Positions 37,588-54,502 of a DNA stretch of 64,000 bases are shown here, in pieces. Location: assembly GCF_009914755.1 (NCBI RefSeq), contig NC_060937.1; one strand, written 5' to 3'. Below the pieces are notes generated by a model. It was not told the DNA's origin. It was given only the letters and a program-made list of their open reading frames with translations, and made no database searches. The position numbers and the translations under genes are program-made. Positions within the stretch are counted from its first letter, which is position 1; the number at the start of each line of letters is the position of its first letter. The DNA comes from the human T2T-CHM13v2.0 reference genome, Homo sapiens.

Positions 37588-38089
37588 CCCCACATGACTA
37601 AACAACAGGATTTTAACCTGGATTCCATTTTCTCTCTGGCCACCCCAGCTTTTGGCTCTTTAGTCACTTTTCATGTGGTCTGTAGAAGGTCTCTTCAATT
37701 TTTCCCTCCTGGTTTTACTCTCATCTGCCTGGAGTCCTCTGCTTCAGGAAGTCACCCCATGTGAATGCTCTCATTGTATGCTATGCATGTGCTCACTGTA
37801 ACACCAAAACATCTGCACAGGTGTGTGTGAGTTCACATCTTCTCTATGGCACGATCTGTATCTTCATATTTGTATTTCTAGGGCCTAGCATAAGGTAGTG
37901 GGAACTTAAATACAACAGTGCTGAAATCATTCCAGAGCACTGAGATTCCAAAAATCTGCCTCTCAGGGAAGACTTCTCTGCTGAGCCTCAGGCCTGTATG
38001 TCCAAGTTTCTACTGGTCATCTCTACTTGGATGTAATACAGATAACTCAACTTTAATTTGGCCAATGCCAAGTTTTCTTGACCCACTCT

Positions 38090-38262
38090 CTTGATAACTA
38101 ATCCACTCTCATGATAACCCATTAATCCATGTATGGATTAACCCATTCACAAGGCTTCTCATGATCCAATCACCTCCCAAAGGCCCCACTTCTCAATACT
38201 GTTGCAGTGGGGATCAAGTTTCAACATGAGTTTTGGAGGTGACAAACATTCAAACCATAGCA
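38090..38262 (-). mobile_element. MaLR LTR 5' part (MSTC/D-like)
   Basis: aatcacctcccaaaggccccac...gacaaacattcaaaccatagca. Confidence 0.8.
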
Positions 38263-38291
38263 ATACTATGCATCTAGCGAGTCACCAGATT

Positions 38292-38431
38292 TCTTTTTGT
38301 CTTTGTAGAAATGGGGTCTATGGGGTGTCTCTATGTTGCCTAGGCTGGTCTCAAACTCTTGGCCTCAAGTGATCCTCTCGCCTCAGCTCCCAAAGTGCTG
38401 GGACTACAGGTGTGAACCACTGCATCTGGCC
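38292..38431 (-). mobile_element. Alu left arm / FLAM
   Basis: tatgttgcctaggctggtctcaaactcttggcctcaagtgatcc. Confidence 0.85.
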
Positions 38432-38602
38432 TTCCCAAATTTCATCCATCCACTGTCTCTTCATATGGTCCACCTCTCATCTAAGGCCCTTGATAGCTCT
38501 CATCTGGACTGTTATGGAAGTCATCTAACTGGTTCTTATCTATAAAATGGGAGTAACCGTAGGATTTTTGTAATGATTGAATGAGGATGCACATTACCTC
38601 AT

Positions 38603-38716
38603 GATAATAATAGCAATGGCTAGCATTGATTGAGTTATAAACCCCTAGTACTGAGCTGTACTGAGCTGCAGTAGGGGTTTAGAGCTCAATCAATGCTAGC
38701 CATTGCTATTATTATC
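38603..38716. repeat. Near-perfect inverted repeat (45-bp arms, 24-nt spacer)
   Basis: 38603-38647 is the reverse complement of 38672-38716 with 2 mismatches. Confidence 0.95.
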
Positions 38717-38736
38717 CCTCAGGGTCTAGTTCAATC

Positions 38737-38872
38737 TTTTTTTTTTTTTTTTTTTAAGAGATAGGGTCTCACTATGTTACCGAGTTTGGACTCAAACTCC
38801 TGGGCTCAAGCGATCCTCCCACCTCAGCCTCCCATGTAGTTAGGACTACAGGCATGTGCCACCGTACCTGGC
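38737..38872 (-). mobile_element. FLAM Alu monomer
   Basis: T tail + gagatagggtctcactatgtt. Confidence 0.88.
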
Positions 38873-39022
38873 AATTTTTAAAAACTCTAGGTGACCTTTC
38901 TAATCAATCTTTTTCCATTGACAATCACCTTTTTATAAACGACTGCAGCACTGATTGTAGTATTCATTTTAAACTGTACATTCTGGTCATATGTGTGTAT
39001 CTATTTCTCACTTTTTGTTTAG

Positions 39023-39185
39023 TTTTTTTGAGAGAGGGTCTGGCTGTGTTCCTCAGGCTGCAGTACAGTGGCTATTCATCAGCACCATCATAGCTCACTG
39101 CAGCCTCAAACTCCTGGGCTCAAGCCATCCTCCCGCCTCAGACTCCCAAGTAGCTGGGAGTACAGGTGTGTGTCACAATGCCTAA
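39023..39185 (-). mobile_element. FAM fossil Alu monomer
   Basis: cagtggctattca motif (reverse complement of tgaatagccactg). Confidence 0.8.
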
Positions 39186-39237
39186 CTATCATCTTTTAAC
39201 TGTTCAACTTGGGAGTACTGGGATGTGTATTACACTT

Positions 39238-39845
39238 TGTGGTAGGCGGAACTCTAAGATGATCCTCGATGACCTCCCCTAAGCCTCATCTTTAGAGAAT
39301 CCTTTCTCCTTTGAACACAGGCAGAGTAAGTGAGTATGACGAGAGTTGACTCCCATGATTAGGTTGTGTTAGATGGCACAGCTGAAGTTAATGCTACAGG
39401 AGATTACCCAGGTGGGCCTGACCCTCATCATACTAAATCATTAAAAGCAGAGCGCTGGAGGCAGATGGAGGATCAGAGATTCAAAGCACAAGAAGACTAG
39501 GACTCGCCCTTGCTGGCTTGAAGGTGTTGGGGGTCACAGGAAAAGGACCTGAAAGCAGCTTTTAGAACCAGACAGCAGTGCCCTACTATGGATCAGCAAG
39601 AAAGTGGGACCTCAGTTACAGAGCCACAAGGAAGTGGATTCTGCCAACAGAACCTGAATGAGCTTGGAAGTGGATGTGAGCTCAATTTGGCCAACACCTT
39701 CATTTGGGCTTGTGTTCCCTTGAGCAGAGAACCTGACTATGCCAAACTGAACTTCTGACCTACACAACTGTGTGCTAATACGTGGGTGCTGCTTGAAGCC
39801 TCTGTTTGTGATCATTTTTGTCATGCAACAATAGAAGACTAATAG
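39238..39845 (+). mobile_element. MLT1 (MLT1E-like) solo LTR
   Basis: tgtggtaggcggaactctaagatg...gattctgccaac...caatagaagactaata; TSD cactt/tactt. Confidence 0.85.
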
Positions 39846-41019
39846 TACTTCTCTTCAGTGCTTTCACTATTGAACAAAACGTAATTTAACATTACATTCA
39901 ATAAATACTCACTGAGAAAACATTAATAATTGAAATAACTTTATCTTATCGCCAGTAAGGTCATAATGCCAGCTGGCCTTTTCTGCCTATTATCAACATT
40001 AAAAACTATTTTAACAAAGATTTTAATTTGAACAATATCTGTCATGCTCATTTTATATTTATTGAATTGCTAAAAAAAAAAAAAAAAGCCCACATTATTC
40101 TAGAAGGGATGTTTTTAGAAAACATGAAAGGAATTATTTAAAGCAGAGATGCACCTTGAAACATTTAATACACCCAGGGGCTACATTGTAGTTTCAGGAC
40201 ACCAAAAATGAGCTAGTAGAATATTTTACAAACTAAGGTAATCATCAAAAGAGTTTACAGGTAAAATTTCTTTGCATGAATTACCATTACAAAGAAAGAT
40301 TCTATATAACAAACCTACTTCCGAGGTCCTTAGAAACAATGGTTTGTTGGTTTCTAAAAATTTTTATTTAAAAAGTCTGGCAAATGCTACATACAACACT
40401 CCACCTTCCCCCCTCACCCCCGGAGATTTACAGTCCATATTACCGTATTAAAAACTCTATGAAGTCATGAAGTGAATCTACCCATTTAATTTTTTTAATA
40501 CAGCATCTCCCAAATATACTTACGACAGAATCTTTCTTTGAGAAATAATTTTTGACCTCTTGCAGAAATGCAATTTGGGAAATGCTGGCCTGAACAAATT
40601 CCTCCCTCCTGACCAAGTATTAAATCAAAATAGTAGGACTACAAGGAATATTTCAGAAGTTAAATTGATTCAAGATATTCAAGAGCTGGTAAAGTGTCTT
40701 CCTCCTTTCCTTATGGACTATAGTAACTTTTCACTAATTTTTTTTTACTTGAGTCAACAAATTTGAAAAGTGATTTTTAACAACTGTATTAATTTTAACA
40801 AAATACCCATACAGCAAAGTAAATGTTCCAAGGAATTTTCTAGAATAGTTTCAGCCATACCATATATGTATTTGTGCATTATCACAGTGAATTTTTTTTA
40901 TATAAGAGGTTGTTTTGTCATCTAATACTTTATAATTTAATGCAGAAAACACTTAAAACTGACAAACTTTTAAATATATTTTTAGTCGATGTTAAGGAGG
41001 AGGTAGAAAAATAGAATCA

Positions 41020-41316
41020 GGGCTGGGCATAGTGCCTCCTGCCTGTAATCCCAGCACTTTGGGAGGCTGAGGCAGGAGGATTGCCTGAGTCTATGAGTTT
41101 GAGACCAGCCTGAGCACCATAGTGAGACCCTGTCTATACAAAAAATAAAAAATTAGCCAGGAGTGGTGGTATACTCCTGTAGTCCCAGCTACTTGGAAGG
41201 CTAAGGTGAGAGGATCACTTGAGACTGGGAGATCGAGGCTGCAATGAGCTGTGATCACACCATTGCCCTCCAGCCTGGGTGACAGAACGAGACCCAGTCT
41301 CAAAATAATAATAATA
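41020..41316 (+). mobile_element. AluJ
   Basis: J-type dimer. Confidence 0.92.
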
Positions 41317-41503
41317 AGGTTCAGAATTTTAGGCTAGGGTTCTTGTGCTTTTAAATACATAAATGCTAAAAAAAAGTTCCAAGTATATAAAACATGAAAA
41401 TAAGTATTTCGAATGTGAAGAAATTGAATTTGAAATAGAGCTGTGATGTACTTCCAAAAAGAAGGAATGACCTTAGAATCCTATCCAAATTCTTGGTCTA
41501 GTT

Positions 41504-41690
41504 CAGTGGTTCTCAAACTTTAGCAGGTTTTAGAACCTCCTGGAAGGCTTGGTAAAGTACAGGTTGCTGGCCCCTGCCACCAGAATTTCTGATCCAATGG
41601 TCTGGGGTGAGACCCCCAAAATATGCGTTTCTAACAAGTTCCCAGGTGATGTGAAGCTGCTGTCCAGGAAGCCTATTTTGAGAACCACTG
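41504..41690. mobile_element. MER5A (hAT-Charlie)
   Basis: TIRs cagtggttctcaaa / tttgagaaccactg; tttctaacaagttcccaggtgatg core. Confidence 0.92.
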
Positions 41691-41759
41691 AGAATGCAGT
41701 TCTTATACCAACCTGCTCTGAGATTCTCATTCAACAGCTGTCTGGGAAAAGCTGCATAG

Positions 41760-42073
<314 letters not shown>

Positions 42074-42433
42074 TCTGAGAGCCTTCTGCTCTGAAGTTCT
42101 GTGATTTGGGATTTTGCTGTAGGTTATGCTTGTTCTGGTTCTGCATCTCAAATCCTCTGTAGTTCTCTCCACGGGTATTTCAGCATACAAAAACCAAAAA
42201 TCAGAAAACAAAAAAACCCAGAATGCTGGGACAATCAATGTGAAAGAAACTTTATTTTATATCTCACCAGCAGAATTTACAGGAGAACACTGGAAACTAT
42301 AACTGTAGATTCTCACTTGTGTTTGCTTTGACTTCCATCGAGTAACATGGAAAACCCAGAGCTGGCCAAGTTGACTGTTAGTGTAGTCAGAGAAAGACCA
42401 GAAGTCTGCAACTGCCTTCTAACTCTTATATCT

Positions 42434-42735
42434 GGCTGGGTGTGGTGGCTCACGCCTGTAATCCGAACACTTATGGGAGGCTGAGGTGGGAGGATCGCTT
42501 GAGCCTAGGAATTTAAGACCAGCCTGGGCAAGATAGCGAGACTTCATCTCTACTAAAAATAAAAATAAAAAAATAGCTGGGTGTGGTGGCACATGTCCAT
42601 AGTCCCATCTACTTGAGATGCCAAGGTAGGAAGGTTACTTGAGCCCAGGAATTCAAGGCTGCCGTGAGCTGTGTTCACGCTACTGTACTCCAGCCTGGAC
42701 AACAGAGACCTTGTCTGAAACAAGCAAAACAAAAC
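42434..42735 (+). mobile_element. AluJ
   Basis: J-type dimer. Confidence 0.9.
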
Positions 42736-42834
42736 ACTTCTATATCCAGCTGTCTTTTCCTATTTCCCTTTGTGTTGAATTGTCTGTGATTTTCAAGACC
42801 CAATTTAGATCAGCCATAAAGGTGTCCTGGCAGA

Positions 42835-43070
42835 ACATCGAGGGCATGATCTTTTGGAGTCAGACAGATCCAGGTCCTAGCTCTGTCATTTAGTTGCTGA
42901 AGGACTCTGGGAAAGTTATTTAATATTCCTTAACCTCAGTTTCCTCTTCTGTAAAATAGGAGAAATTGTATTATACCTTCTACATATTATTATTGTTAGG
43001 TGCCAATGAGAAATGCTTGAAGAGCATTTAGCACAGTGCCTGACACAGAGTAAGGGAGCAATAGATAGCA
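42835..43070 (+). mobile_element. MIR
   Basis: ttggagtcagacagatcc...cctcagtttcctcttctgtaaaat...agcacagtgcctgacacagagtaag. Confidence 0.9.
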
Positions 43071-43096
43071 CACAGCTCTTAACATTCATAGAAACC

Positions 43097-43409
43097 TTTT
43101 TTTTTTTGATTCAGGGTCTCACTCTCTTGCCTAGGATGGAGCACAGTGTCCACAAGCATGGCTCACTGCAGCCTCAACTTCCCAGGCTCAAGCGAGCCTC
43201 CCACCTCAGCCTCCCAAGTAGCTGGGACCACAAAAAAAAAAAAAAAAAGCTACATGCCACCACACCCAGCTAATTTTTTATTTTATTTTATTTTTATTTT
43301 TATTTTTGTAGAGATGGGGGCTGGTCTTGAATTCCTGGGCTCAAATGATCCTCCTGCCTTGGCCTCCCAAGGGGTTGGGATTATGGGTGTGAGCCACTGT
43401 GCCCAGCCC
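43097..43409 (-). mobile_element. AluJ with internal + strand A-run
   Basis: Antisense dimer; A-run at about 43231-43248. Confidence 0.9.
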
Positions 43410-43425
43410 AAATAAACATTCTCTA

Positions 43426-44099
<674 letters not shown>

Positions 44100-44303
44100 T
44101 CAACATAGCAGCTAAAGATGTCACATTGAACTTAGAAAACAGTTCCTGCCACCCTCAAGAACTATCTTTCATAATAAATACTAAATATGATCAAATGTAA
44201 GCCCATTGATGCAGCATTATATTATGCAGTCCTTAGAAAGGAAAAATGTTCCTTTAATTAAACTAAACAATGAGATGATGCTTCCTTATCACTTACCATT
44301 TTA

Positions 44304-45054
<751 letters not shown>

Positions 45055-45597
45055 TCATTCAGAATCTCAGCCTTGTGAATCACTTGTTTGACTCAGAGTC
45101 TGCTTCACTGCTTATTCACTCAGTATCGTCCTCTGTGCCACCAAGGGCACTGGTGATGCAGCATTTCTTAAGAGAATCCAACAGTACTAAAAGCTCTTGG
45201 GGCTGGGCTCTTTGCTTGCCTATTTTTGATTCCTGCTTGAAGATTATTGGCAAGCACGTGATGATTTATCATTCTCCCCACCTCTTTTCCCATAAACATT
45301 TGGTTCCCAGGAAGGAAAGGAGCGCTTCACTCTTCCTTCTGGGATTTTATTCCAGGCAACTGATACCCATTTTCTAAGTTTGGACACTAGTGCTTTTGAT
45401 GTTCATGGACATGACGACTGTGGCCTGGCAAGCAGATTGTGAGACCTCTTCCATTATGTGTCCTGAATTTCAGACATGTTGGTAAGAGGTTAATCAAGCC
45501 CAGAACTGATCTTTGCTGGAGTTCAGTTCCATTTGGTCATTTGCTGAAAACCCAGTATTATTATCAATGGCCTTTGTGTTGCCCTTATTTTTTCCCA

Positions 45598-46328
45598 GAA
45601 CGGTTTTATTGAAATGAAATTCACATACCATACAATCTACCCACTTAAAATGAAAAATTCAATGGAGTTTAGTATGTTGAGAATGTACTGATAATCAATT
45701 TTAGTACAATTTCATTACCCCAGAAAGAAATCCTGGACCAATTAGTAGTTAGTATCCATTCCTCCCCTGACTCCAAGCCCCTGGCCACCATTAATCTACT
45801 TTTTATCTCTATAGATTTGCCTATTCTGGATATTTTGTATAAGTGGAATTGCAATATGTGGTCTTTTGTGACTGGCTTCCTTTCCTTAGCATAATGTTTT
45901 CAAGGTTCATCCATGTTGTAGTATATGAGCCCTTCATATCCTTTTATTGTTGAATAATATCAGTTGCATGGATATATCACATTTTATTTATTCACTCATC
46001 AGTTGATGGACACATGAGTGGTTTCTGCTTTTGGCTATTATGAATAATGCTGCTATAAGCATTCATGTACAAGATTTTGTGTAGATACGTGTTTTCACGT
46101 CTCTTGGGTATATCCCTAGAAGTAGAACTGCTGGATCACAGGATAAGTCAATATTTACCTGTTTGAAGAACAGCCACCTTGTATTCCAAAGCAGAGGAAC
46201 CATTTTACAATCCTACCAGCAGTATATGAGGGTTTCAATTTCTCTACATACTTGTCCAACACTTGTTATTATCTGTTTTTGTGATTAGAACCATCTTAGT
46301 GGGTGTGAACTTATAACTCATTATGGCA
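45598..46328 (-). mobile_element. L1MB (MB7/8-like) 3' fragment
   Basis: ttttattgaaatgaaattcacataccatacaat...ttcactcatcagttgatggac. Confidence 0.88.
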
Positions 46329-46493
46329 TTGCACTTATTTTTAAAGCACTTTCACCTGCATTTTCTCATTTGATCCTTGCAACATTTATCAACATTCCTT
46401 ATACACAGTCAATGAAACAAACATTAAGAGTAATTCACTGACTTGCTCAAGATAGCTTAGTGACAGAATGTGAGTTAAAACATAATTATGATA

Positions 46494-46791
46494 CTTTTTT
46501 TTTTTTTTTTTTTTGGGCAAGACAAGGTCTTGCTCTGTCACCCAGGTTGAAGTGCAGTGGTATGATCATAGCTCACTGCAATCTTGAACTCCTGGACTCA
46601 AGTGATCCTCTCACCTCAGCCTCTTGAGTAGCTGGGACCACAGGTAGATGCCATCATGCCCAGCTAACTTCTTTATTTTTTGTAGAGACTGGGTCTTGAC
46701 ATGTTGGTCTCAAACTTTTGGGCTCAAGTGATCCTCCCATCTCAGCCTCTTGAAGTGTTGGGATTATAGGTGTGAGCCACTGTGCCTGGAC
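46494..46791 (-). mobile_element. AluJ, adjacent to antisense MIR remnant (about 46340-46480)
   Basis: J-type dimer; TSD-like acataat. Confidence 0.9.
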
Positions 46792-47124
46792 ATAATCTCG
46801 CTTCTAGTTTCTGAGACCATTGCCTTTTTACCCCTCCGGGCTGTTCCAACCCCAGGATAGCTACCTAACTGTGATAGAGTAAGGTCAAGAGTGATGACGA
46901 ATTAGAGGTAAACTGGGGAGGGGGAGGACTGGGTGCAGAAATGCTGTCAGGACATAGTATGACAACACCACTTTAGGTGATATGGCATGGCTACTGGCAT
47001 CTGCAAGACAGCAATAGCTAGTGAAACCATATTTTTGGTTTGCAGCAGCTCAGTAAGACGGATCTGATATTGGGAAAAGGCTCAGTTATAGCTTGGGTTA
47101 TGAAGGCAAACAAGTCTAAAAGTC

Positions 47125-47421
<297 letters not shown>

Positions 47422-47977
47422 TAGCCTTGCCTTCACAGCCTACAGGAAATGGCTGTACCATCCAGGTTGGTCTACTTTTGGTACAACAGTTCTTGTAGTT
47501 ATAACATTGGGGAAGAATGACTTTCTAGCTCTGCCTATCTCCCAGCAGGTACAGTAGACATCAGCCTCGGTTACAGGATTCATTACTTTTTGTGTTTATG
47601 AACTGAGAGAACTGAAAAAATTTTGCTTACGCTTACATTTTCTATTCATGAACTATCTCCTTTTTGTGCATAAAAATCAATATTTTATGAAATAATCTCC
47701 TTGGAGGTTAAGTGCTACAGCACCACTCCTTCCTAGTCAAAGAAACTCTGCACATTGCTCAACCCTGGCTGAGCAAGGGAAAAGGCCTCTAAATAAAGCT
47801 TTCCTACTTTGCTAGGAAAAGTCAGCTTCGAATCACTGGACCATAAAATCTTATTGGAGTTACAGAGTGAGATAGGTTAATCAGCATGTGGTACATCTAT
47901 CTACTGAAGCCAAGTTTTTTTTTTTCAGGATTTGTCCAAAAGATGTTACCACTCTTTGTACAACAAAATGATATTAG

Positions 47978-48754
<777 letters not shown>

Positions 48755-48939
48755 AAGAACTGCCTGAGACTGGGTGGAAAGAGGTTTAATCGACTCACAG
48801 TTGAGCACGGCTAGGAAGACTTCAGGAAACTTACAATCGTGGTGGACGGTGAAGGGGAAGCAAGGCACCTTCTTTACAAGGCGGCAGGAGAGGGAATGAA
48901 TGCAGGAGGAACTACCAAACACTTATAAAACCACCATCA

Positions 48940-50109
<1,170 letters not shown>

Positions 50110-50444
50110 AAAACCATCAGGTCTCACGGGAACTCACTCGCTACCATAAGAACAGCATGGGGAAATGGCCCCTGTGATTCAATTACCTCCATCTGGTCTC
50201 TCCCTTGACAGGTGGGGATTACAATTCAAGATGAGATTGGGGGGGGGACACAAAGCCTAACCATATAATGGGGGTTTCGTCATGTTGCCCAGGCTGGTCT
50301 GGAGCTTCTGAGCTCAAGCGATCTGTCCGCTTTGGCCTCCCAAAGTGTTGGGATTATAGGCATGAGCCACTGTGCTCAGCCTGGCAATTTTTTTTAAAAT
50401 TGGAAGGCAATATGCAACATTAAATAACCCACATCTAACAACTT

Positions 50445-50741
50445 TTATTTCTTTTTTTTGAGACAGGGTCTTGCTCTGATGCCCAGGCTGGAAGGCAGTA
50501 GCATGATATTGGCTCAATGCAACCACCACCTTCCAGGTTCAAGTGATTCTCACGCCTCAGTCTCCTGAGTAGCTGGGATTACAGGCATGCACCACCATGT
50601 CTGGCTCATTTTTCTATTTTTAGTAGAGATGGGGTTTCACCATGTTGGCCAGGCTGGTCTCAAACTCCTGACCTCAAGTGATGCGCCTGCCTCGGCCTCC
50701 CAAAGTGCTGGGTTTATAGGCGCAAGCCACTACGCCTGGCC
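50445..50741 (-). mobile_element. AluS
   Basis: Antisense dimer. Confidence 0.93.
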
Positions 50742-51379
50742 CAAACACATATTATATACCACAGACTTGTGAATTATTCATTATTTCTCTAACTCTATGA
50801 GATTGTATTTTTTATTCCCATTTTGCAGATGATAAATGAAGGCTGAGAGACATTAAGACAGAGAACAGTGAGACTGGTTCTGCCTGCATATCATTTCACC
50901 TCTGAGTCTGAGATTCTTCATCCAGAGAGATCTGCAACCTCACCAGATAACCTAAAAAAAATTAAAATCAAATTGCTATAATCACAGTGCCTGCCTCATA
51001 GGGCTATTGGGACATGACGTCTACGAGGAACCTGACAGTGCTTGGCACACAGCAAGACCTTGATATGGGGAGACAGCAAGCCTGCCACCACGAGCCCTAG
51101 CTCCACCATCACTAAATGACTTGTCCCAAGACAACCAGAAAGGGGCCTCTGCCCTCTGTCGCCAAAGCTCCTCTCCATACCACAGAGCCTTCCTGTGAGA
51201 GAGTCTGTGTGTCTTTATTTCTCTTGCTGTTATCCACAAGTCTTCCAATGATTTAGCAGCACTTGGCACTGTTTTGTCTCAGATCACAATCAGCCTGAGG
51301 TCCGTGCTCCATTAGGAATGTCTGCTCATTCCTAACCGCAGTGTTTTCCACACATCCTTCTGATGGCCTTTGGCTTTAC

Positions 51380-51560
51380 ATCCTGCAGCTACGCAGGCTC
51401 CTTGGCCAGGAGGAGCCCGGAGGGGCCGAGCCCGCCTTTTAACAAGTAGCATGGGTCATTCCCCGCTAGAGGCTCAAGAGTCCTCACAGAGCAGGGGCCG
51501 CAGCGGCTGTGCATCCGGTGCTGAACCTTCTCTCTCCAGGGAGGCGGGCGAGAAAGCTGA
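51380..51560. promoter_or_regulatory. Short CpG/GC-rich non-repeat element (candidate enhancer or promoter)
   Basis: 10 CpGs in about 170 bp; GC-box-like gaggcgggcg. Confidence 0.4.
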
Positions 51561-53131
51561 GAAGGAGCAGTGATCTCAAAAATGGAATGGGACCTGCCTG
51601 GGAAGGCAGTTGCTGGGCCTAGGACTTAGGTCCGTAGTCTGTTTGCCAGAACTGAAACTTCAGTTGTAAGAAACTTCAGGGAGAAGCTGGCCTGTCAGCT
51701 CACCAAGGAAGGAACCTCTCGGGATGGTGGGCCCCCTGACCTTTGTCCCCACCCTGAGACTGCCATGTAGCTCGGTGAGTAACGCCTGAGTTGGGGTGGT
51801 AGCTCCTACCTCTGAGCCTCTTCCCACCTTCCTCAGATGTCGGTGGTCCACAGTGGCTGGGGACTTGCTTCTATGAATGACATATGATTGCCTGTGTCTA
51901 TGCCACCACTTCCCCTGAGAAAGTGGGCTGTCACTTCCTCAGGGTCAGCATCACCACGACATCCAGCACTGCCCTTAACTGCAGAAACAGAAGGCGCCGA
52001 TACAGTGTGACACAAAAAGAGATGGAGAGGAGATGGGCAAGCTCACCTTTACTCAGCCCTGACCCCACACCCAGCCCTATGCTGTGCTGAAGTTATTATT
52101 CATAAATGTCCACAAGACTCCAAAGGAGTCTTATTCCTGCTCCCAGAGAAGGGAATCAAAGCTTAAAAATAACCTTCCCAAGGTCATATAGCCAAATGTT
52201 TAGTGAAGTCAAGGTTCAAAGTCAAACTCTGAAAGATGTGTGCTCTTCCCCCCATAGTAGAATGCCTTCCATAGCCCCCTAATCTATACCCTCCTGCTGC
52301 CCTGTCTCTTTTAAAATTGAAATTTTAAAAAGGCAAACCAGGTGTTATTTCAAAATTTTATTTACAGTTGAGAACAACTGTTTGAAGAGAGCTGTCAGTG
52401 GATTTATGCACTCTGGTGAACCTAAATTGGAAAAAGCAGGCACTTTTACAGCAGCGCATCCTCATGCGGTCTTAACAACCTGACCCAGAGCAGGGAACTC
52501 GGTGTGCTGCAGCGCCAGTGACCAGGCAACCCGTCTCCTGGGCTGTTTTCTACGTACAGGTTTTGACTCAGGGCTCCCATCGCCAGCAAAATGTAAATAT
52601 GAAATGTCTTTTTTCAGGTGGGGAATGAGGTGCAGTGATCTTGAGCCATTTACCTTCTTTCATGGCCAACCACAACCAACTGGGACCATCAGAGGGATGG
52701 GATGAAGGAGATTTGTACCATTCAGAAGGGATAACTGAAGGGGTTCCCAGCCCAGGGCCCTTCCCTTTTGAGGAACAGAAAGATCACTACTGTGGTGGGG
52801 GGAGGGTGAGATCATATTAACCCATAAAAGGACTACCGTATTGCGCTCCCTTGCTTTTGACTGAGTTTACACAAACTTGTGAGGTCACGTTTGTTGCCTC
52901 TGGTTGACCAGACGCCCGCATATGCAGTTATATACATATTTGCTTAATTTTCTAAAAAGAGAAACAATGAGTTAGTTGTGTATGCTGTGTGTTTGGAAGA
53001 TAACATCTCAAGGCATGACATCCATAGAGAACAGCTGATAAGTTAAAAACGGAGAACTACTGGGATGTGGAAGCTGCGAAAGAATCAGGGGAAACATCCT
53101 CAACTGAAGTTTGCATAAGATTGAATTTTGG

Positions 53132-53469
<338 letters not shown>

Positions 53470-54010
53470 TCAGAAAGAATCACATCCTTTATAATTCGGT
53501 ATTTCTGGATGGTGAAATGAAGAAAGCAGTAAAGACATCCTAAATGATGGAAAAGGCAATGGTGTCTGTGAGTTTCTTTACCCACATCTCCATCACAATG
53601 TGACCCTGCACAGTCTCTCTGCGTGCCCCCTTTAGGGACATTACCTGCTCAGAGAGGTTTCACATCTGCCAAGGCCACTCATTCTGAAAGGGAGAAATAA
53701 TGTGTATTGGAACAAACTTTATCATTGACTTATGCTGGGTCACGGATGTCCTATGAACCAAGGACAACTAATGAGGCAAGAAGTAACTGAGCTATCACCA
53801 AAAAGCTGTTTGCAAAGTTATCTGAACATTCTTCCTACATTTAAGGCCCTGTCCACATTTTGCCACATTTTAAAGTTTCTTTATAGTTGTTTGAAACATG
53901 ACCATTTCAAACTATGATTTTGAAATGAAGTTCCATGAAATCCCTTAGGCATACGAGGCACTGCTGGGTGATGAACGCAAACTTGATTCACTTGTATTGG
54001 CTCCTCCAGA

Positions 54011-54021
54011 TGCTGAGTCAT
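54011..54021 (+). promoter_or_regulatory. NF-E2/CNC-sMaf (MARE/ARE) motif
   Basis: Exact TGCTGAGTCAT in non-repeat sequence. Confidence 0.4.
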
Positions 54022-54502
54022 TATGATGCCAGATTTCAGTGAGAAAAAGCACATAGAGAATATTGGACACGATTTCTATCGTTGTGAACAAAGGTGAATA
54101 GATAGATGGCCCATTTCAGCCAGGCGGATTCAGGGATGCTGAAACAGCAGCCATACAGCTAACAGATTTCTATGCAAAAAAATATGCCACTATCCAATCT
54201 GTCTCCCACACACATCTTCTCTCTCTGCTTTTCCTCAACATTCTATCCAGGACCACGTTTCTAAGCATATTATTTCCCTGCCACCATCTAACCAAACTCT
54301 AGGCCAGACTTCCAATTGGATTTGCAGAATGTGCATAACATTTCCAAATGGATGGTGGCAATAAAGAAATGATGTCTTCAGTCTGATGAAAAAAATTCAA
54401 ATTCAACAATGACACCCATTATTTCACATACTGAATTACCAAAGATTTAAAAATAATAACAAATAAAAGCAATAATAAGACAATAATATATAATACACAA
54501 TA

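Noticed and set aside
51380-51560. CpG island call
   Set aside because: Under 200 bp; kept only as a CpG-enriched candidate element.
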